NCBI RefSeq assembly: GCF_039654945.1
Contig: NW_027361806.1
Location: 28,024,001-28,088,000, forward strand
Direction of reading: 5' to 3'
DNA: 64,000 bases
DNA from: Dendrobates tinctorius
Lineage: Eukaryota
The notes beneath the pieces are model-generated. The model did no database searches. It was not told the origin of the DNA and worked only from the letters and a program-made list of their open reading frames with translations. Shown piece after piece: positions 59,766-64,000 of the stretch. Position 1 is the stretch's first letter, and each line of letters starts with the position of its first letter. Position numbers and translations under genes: made by a program.

Positions 59766-62520
59766 TATTTGAGGTCTGGTCTGGGGTCTTTGTATATATT
59801 TGGGGTCTGGTCTGGGGTCTTTGTGTATATTTGGGGTCTGGTCTGGGGTCTTTGTATATATTTGGGGTCTGGTCTGGGGTCTTTGTGTATATTTGGGTCT
59901 CTGATCTGGGGGCTTTGTGTGTATTTGGGGTCTGGTCTGAGGTCTGTATTCTTCAGGTCTAGCCTGTGAGGATCTGTATTCCTGGGTCTTTATTTGGGGG
60001 TCTTGGATCATTTTTACTTTTGTTCATTCAGTATTGTATATTAGGGGATCTTATATCTTTTCCACCTTGTAGAGCAGCAGCTCATGGGTGGTGGGCCTTG
60101 CCTCGCCTCTTCTCGCCTCACCCTTTACCTATCACTGGTTTCCGACCCATCCATGTAATATGAAATTCCCCATTCCTCCCCTGATACATGCATCATCTCC
60201 CCATTCCTCATGTTGCATTTCTTTTGTGTTTCTTTTCTCTCTGCCATGTTTGTGTTTTTGGGCATTTAGACCCTGGTGATGGCGCAGAGCGATCTCCCAA
60301 GATGACATTACCGTCATATCACCCGTGACATACTGTATGGCTTCATGTAGCATGGAGCATTCAGACTCGGACGGGCGCGCTCTTCCTGCTTGTCCTTTGC
60401 TCTTCTCGTAGCGTCTTCATGAATACTTTATATCAGGAATACTATTTCTTCTTATTATTGCACCTGTCACACGAGGATGCACAGATCACGGCAGCCAGAA
60501 ATCAGCGCCATGGAACGGAGGAAGCGGATGAGCAGAGACACCTGACATAACATAGGGTATCTGTGCTGCCGCTAATCAGGGTAACTGTGCTGCCGCTAAT
60601 CAGGGTAACTGTGCTGCCGCTAATCAGGAGAAATGAGTCCAATGTATAGAATTCTAAGGACTTATACGCAACATTAGATTATAGGACAGATGCAGAAAGG
60701 TATTTAAAGGGGCTGAGAATTGGTGATAAGCGCCCCAACGACCATAAGAGCGGGGATCCACTGTGAATGGCGCGCTGCTCACACTGTTCTCTACGGGGCT
60801 GGTGGAGATATTTCTCCACTGATCAGGGACACAGGAGCCGTCCTCATGATCAGCAGGACCCCAGTGAGAGCTGGTGACTCTTCATGGACCAGCGTCTTTG
60901 CAGCAATTGTCCGAGTCCAGACATCCCGGTCCGGATCGGCTGCAGCGCTCCTGCCCTGAACCCCGCAGCCTCAGAGACGTGAAGCTGTCGCAGTCATACA
61001 TCGCTCGCTGTATTGTGATTCCGGCCTTCGGTCTTGAACACACGGAATTTTTTCTCTTGCAGTTGAACACAATAAGTGAAGAAATGCTCTTTCTCTCTCT
61101 TTGCAAAGTTTTGGGAAGATTTTTTAAGCATTTTTGGAGACTTCCTTCTCCTGATTGTTCTGTGCCCAGACATGGAGCCGATTCCATCAGGAGATGTCTC
61201 CTAGAAGTGACGCGCGCTCTTTTTTTCCACCAGATGTTTTTCAAAACCCCATTAGGAAAAAAAAAGGCACTCAAAAATCTTATACGATTGTGAAAGTGAA
61301 TTTCCCAGGAAATTTCCTAGGGACAAACATTTTTTTGAAGAGGATTGTGGAGACGATCCGCCGGGAAAAATAATCTATAAAAAGCTTCATGTGCACATAG
61401 CCCGAGGACAGTCTGAGAGGAGCTGCTCTGCCGTCTCTCGCAAAATGACGCCCGTCTGCCCGCGCACTCAAGCAGATTTTCATCCAGATTTACGGCCCCC
61501 ATGGTCGGATTCCCAGCGCGCACTTGTCTGCTCCGTTTTCTGCCCAGACAAGTGCTGCCATTACCCGGCGCGTGTGCAATCTGCCACCACTTCTACCATC
61601 TGCAGAATTCTCCTGGCTGCTCAGAAACCTGTGTGTGTGAACGCAGCTTTATACTCTCCGTCTCTGACTTCTGGACTCGCAGCCAATTTACCTGCCAACA
61701 GCCAAACCCCTAATTACCCAATTCCAGCCCTGCAGCCGGAGGAGCCGTGTCCTGACGACAGAGGCATTGTGCACACTTGTAGGACACAACAAACACCGCG
61801 GCTGGTGATGTAGTATGTGGACATTACCGCCGGGTCCTGTGTGTCCAAGGTGTGGCAGCTACACGCCGGCTCCTGAGGCTGGAAATATGTGGCCCCGGAC
61901 AGGACAGATCTGACCACTGACTTATTGCCACCATGCAATCGTCCGCTTTTGGTTCTTATTCGCCATGGACCAGATTCACACTCCGATGACTCAGACGAGG
62001 CCGTCGACAGCGGGGGTGAGAGCAGAGACTTCTGTGGGATTCCTGTGTATGTCATTTGTCTGGTGGATCCATGTAGGAACGTGCGGTGGAGATGAGAGGA
62101 GATGTATGAATGGACCTGGATGTGAGTTTAGATCATTGGGTCTGAAAACCCGGCGACCTGGAAATCAGAGCCTAGAGGCGCATTCACACCAGGCAGACTC
62201 GTTGCAGACGTTTCTGTGAGCGTCAGATTCACCTGGATGTAATTTGTAGAAATCCATTTACTTTGGATCCAGATGAACAGTATTTTATCATTTGGGTGAT
62301 TTTTGTTTTCTTCCTTTTGTGACCTCGAGATTTCAGACTTCTTGTCATGAAGGAAACTTTGTGAATAAGTTGCAGCTTAGATATAATATGAGGAAAATTG
62401 TATTGTGTTTTAAGCCTTTCTATTCCCTCAGTACATTATGATGTGAAGCGTCTTACAAAGAAAGGAAACTGTGGCGGGAAAAACATTTTTTGGTGCTTTA
62501 AGCAAAGCTGCTGAAATATT

Positions 62521-63125
62521 CCCCAAATGTGCCCCAAAAGCTGCCCCCAATGTGCCCCAAAAGCTGCCCCAATGTGCCCCAAAAGCTGCCCCCAATGTGC
62601 CCCAAAAGCTGCCCCCAATGTGCCCCAAAAGCTGCCCCCAATGTGCCCCAAAAGCTGCCCCCAATGTCCCCCAAAAGCTGCCCCCAATGTGCCCCAAAAG
62701 CTGCCCCAATGTGCCCCAAAAGCTGCCCCCAATGTGCCCCAAAAGCTGCCCCCAATGTGCCCCAAAAGCTGCCCCCAATGTGCCCCAAAAGCTGCCCCAA
62801 TGTGCCCCAAAAGCTGCCCCCAATGTGCCCCAAAAGCTGCCCCCAATGTGCCCCAAAAGCTGCCCCCAATGTGCCCCAAAAGCTGCCCCCAATGTGCCCC
62901 AAAAGCTGCCCCAATGTGCCCCAAAAGCTGCCCCCAATGTGCCCCAAAAGCTGCCCCCAATGTGCCCCAAAAGCTGCCCCCAATGTGCCCCAAAAGCTGC
63001 CCCCAATGTGCCCCAAAAGCTGCCCCAATGTGCCCCAAAAGCTGCCCCCAATGTGCCCCAAAAGCTGCCCCAATGTGCCCCAAAAGCTGCCCCCAATGTG
63101 CCCCAAAAGCTGCCCAAATGTGCCC
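62521..63125. repeat. 22-23-bp minisatellite (ccccaaaagctgcccccaatgtg), ~26 units
   Basis: Near-perfect tandem array; explains the overlapping repetitive ORFs in 62428-63288. Confidence 0.96.
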
Positions 63126-63473
63126 CTGTCCCCATGAGGAAATCCAGCAGTTAAAAGGCAAAACAGAAGGTAAATGTGACAGCTGCCCCAAAGACACGGT
63201 GACTCCAGGCAGAGACGTCGGCACACTGCTACAAAGTGACCGACAAGAGGACCCTACAGGGGAAAGTTACCATCAGGGCTATTTATAAAGTCCCTTTTTC
63301 CGTGTTGCTTTTCTTGCCATTGCACCAAGTTTATAAAAGTGATGGACGATGTCCGATGAATCTGACGCATCTTTAGATGTAAGGCCACATTCACACGTTC
63401 TGTATTCGATCAGTATTTTACATCAGTATTTGTAGCCAAAATCAGGAGAGGAACAATCAGAGGAAAAGTCTAA

Positions 63474-64000
63474 GGCCGGGGTCACACTAACCTGCGCAAA
63501 ATACGGTCAGTATTTTACATGCGTAATACGGATGAATGACCCCTAAACAGTGCTCCGTATGTCATCCGTATGGAGAGATTTTCTCGCAGGCTTGCAAAAT
63601 GGACATGTAATGGAGCCCTATGACAGGTTTAATAAAGAAACGAAAGAATAGCTATAGACACATAGAATACATATATATATAGATATATGTGTGTGTGTGT
63701 ATATATATATGTATTCTATGTGTCTATATCTATTCTTTCGTTTCTTTATTAAACCTGTCAGTGTGAGTTTACTGTATCGCGCACTGAATTGCCGGCTTTG
63801 CTAAAAGACACCGGGTGCGTATTTCTCGCAGGTCACATGTGTGGTCAGTGTGTAATCCGTATTTTTTGCGCACCCATAGACTTGCATTGGCGTATTACGG
63901 CCGTAGTACGCTGACAGTCCCAGCATGCTGCGATTGGCACGGAGCGTAGAATACAGATGAGAAATATACGGCTGGTGCGAGGGACCCCATAGAGAATCAT
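63474..64000. mobile_element. Short member of the GGCCGGGGTCACACTA fold-back family (runs off the window)
   Basis: taa|GGCCGGGGTCACACTA. Matches 6910-7200 and 10020-10320 but with only a (TA/TG)n centre. Confidence 0.85.

Larger units (their letters stand above)
56697..59940. repeat. 31-bp minisatellite (tatatttggggtctggtctggggtctttgtg), ~53 units, split by a Tc1 insertion
   Basis: Tandem units at 56697-58171 and 59766-59940. Confidence 0.96.

Noticed and set aside
61050-61760. Short peptides QLNTISEEM and ALQPEE resembling SPATA1, the expected neighbour head-to-head with GNG5
   Set aside because: The matches are only 5-6 residues, flanking residues do not agree, the first lies in a MITE-like segment, and I could not build an exon structure. 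A tBLASTn with amphibian SPATA1 would settle it.
62428-63288. 200-260-aa Cys/Pro/Lys repeat ORFs (SPRR/cornifin-like appearance)
   Set aside because: All six frames are open because of a 22/23-bp repeat; the unit length is not a multiple of 3, so no frame is conserved.

Overview
Repeat-rich vertebrate genomic DNA, most likely from a frog (inferred from the transposon repertoire). It carries the conserved block DNASE2B(+) - RPF1(+) - GNG5(-), in the order and orientation I recall for human 1p22-p31. Readable genes: the last three coding exons of DNASE2B; the complete 9-exon RPF1 CDS (346 aa, with one U12-type minor intron); and the complete GNG5 CDS (68 aa) plus a candidate 3' UTR exon. The rest is nested mobile DNA and tandem repeats: a 2.66-kb tandem duplication with an RTE LINE remnant; a complete 5.7-kb DIRS1 tyrosine-recombinase retrotransposon; a Ty1/Copia element interrupted by a TTAA piggyBac-type non-autonomous element carrying a telomeric (TTAGGG)n tract and 389-bp repeats; two Tc1 elements (one with an intact DD34E transposase); a fold-back hAT derivative; a minisatellite-laden Helitron; many TWA-target MITEs; a tRNA-derived SINE; and several G-rich minisatellites. 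I found no convincing new host protein-coding system. The best leads are the telomere-repeat-carrying transposon, the fold-back hAT with an invertebrate-like transposase remnant, the intact Tc1, the stepwise-collapsing palindromic MITE family, and the mirror-image minisatellites around the GNG5 promoter. Coordinates were read by eye. Family names come from motif recognition, not database searches.
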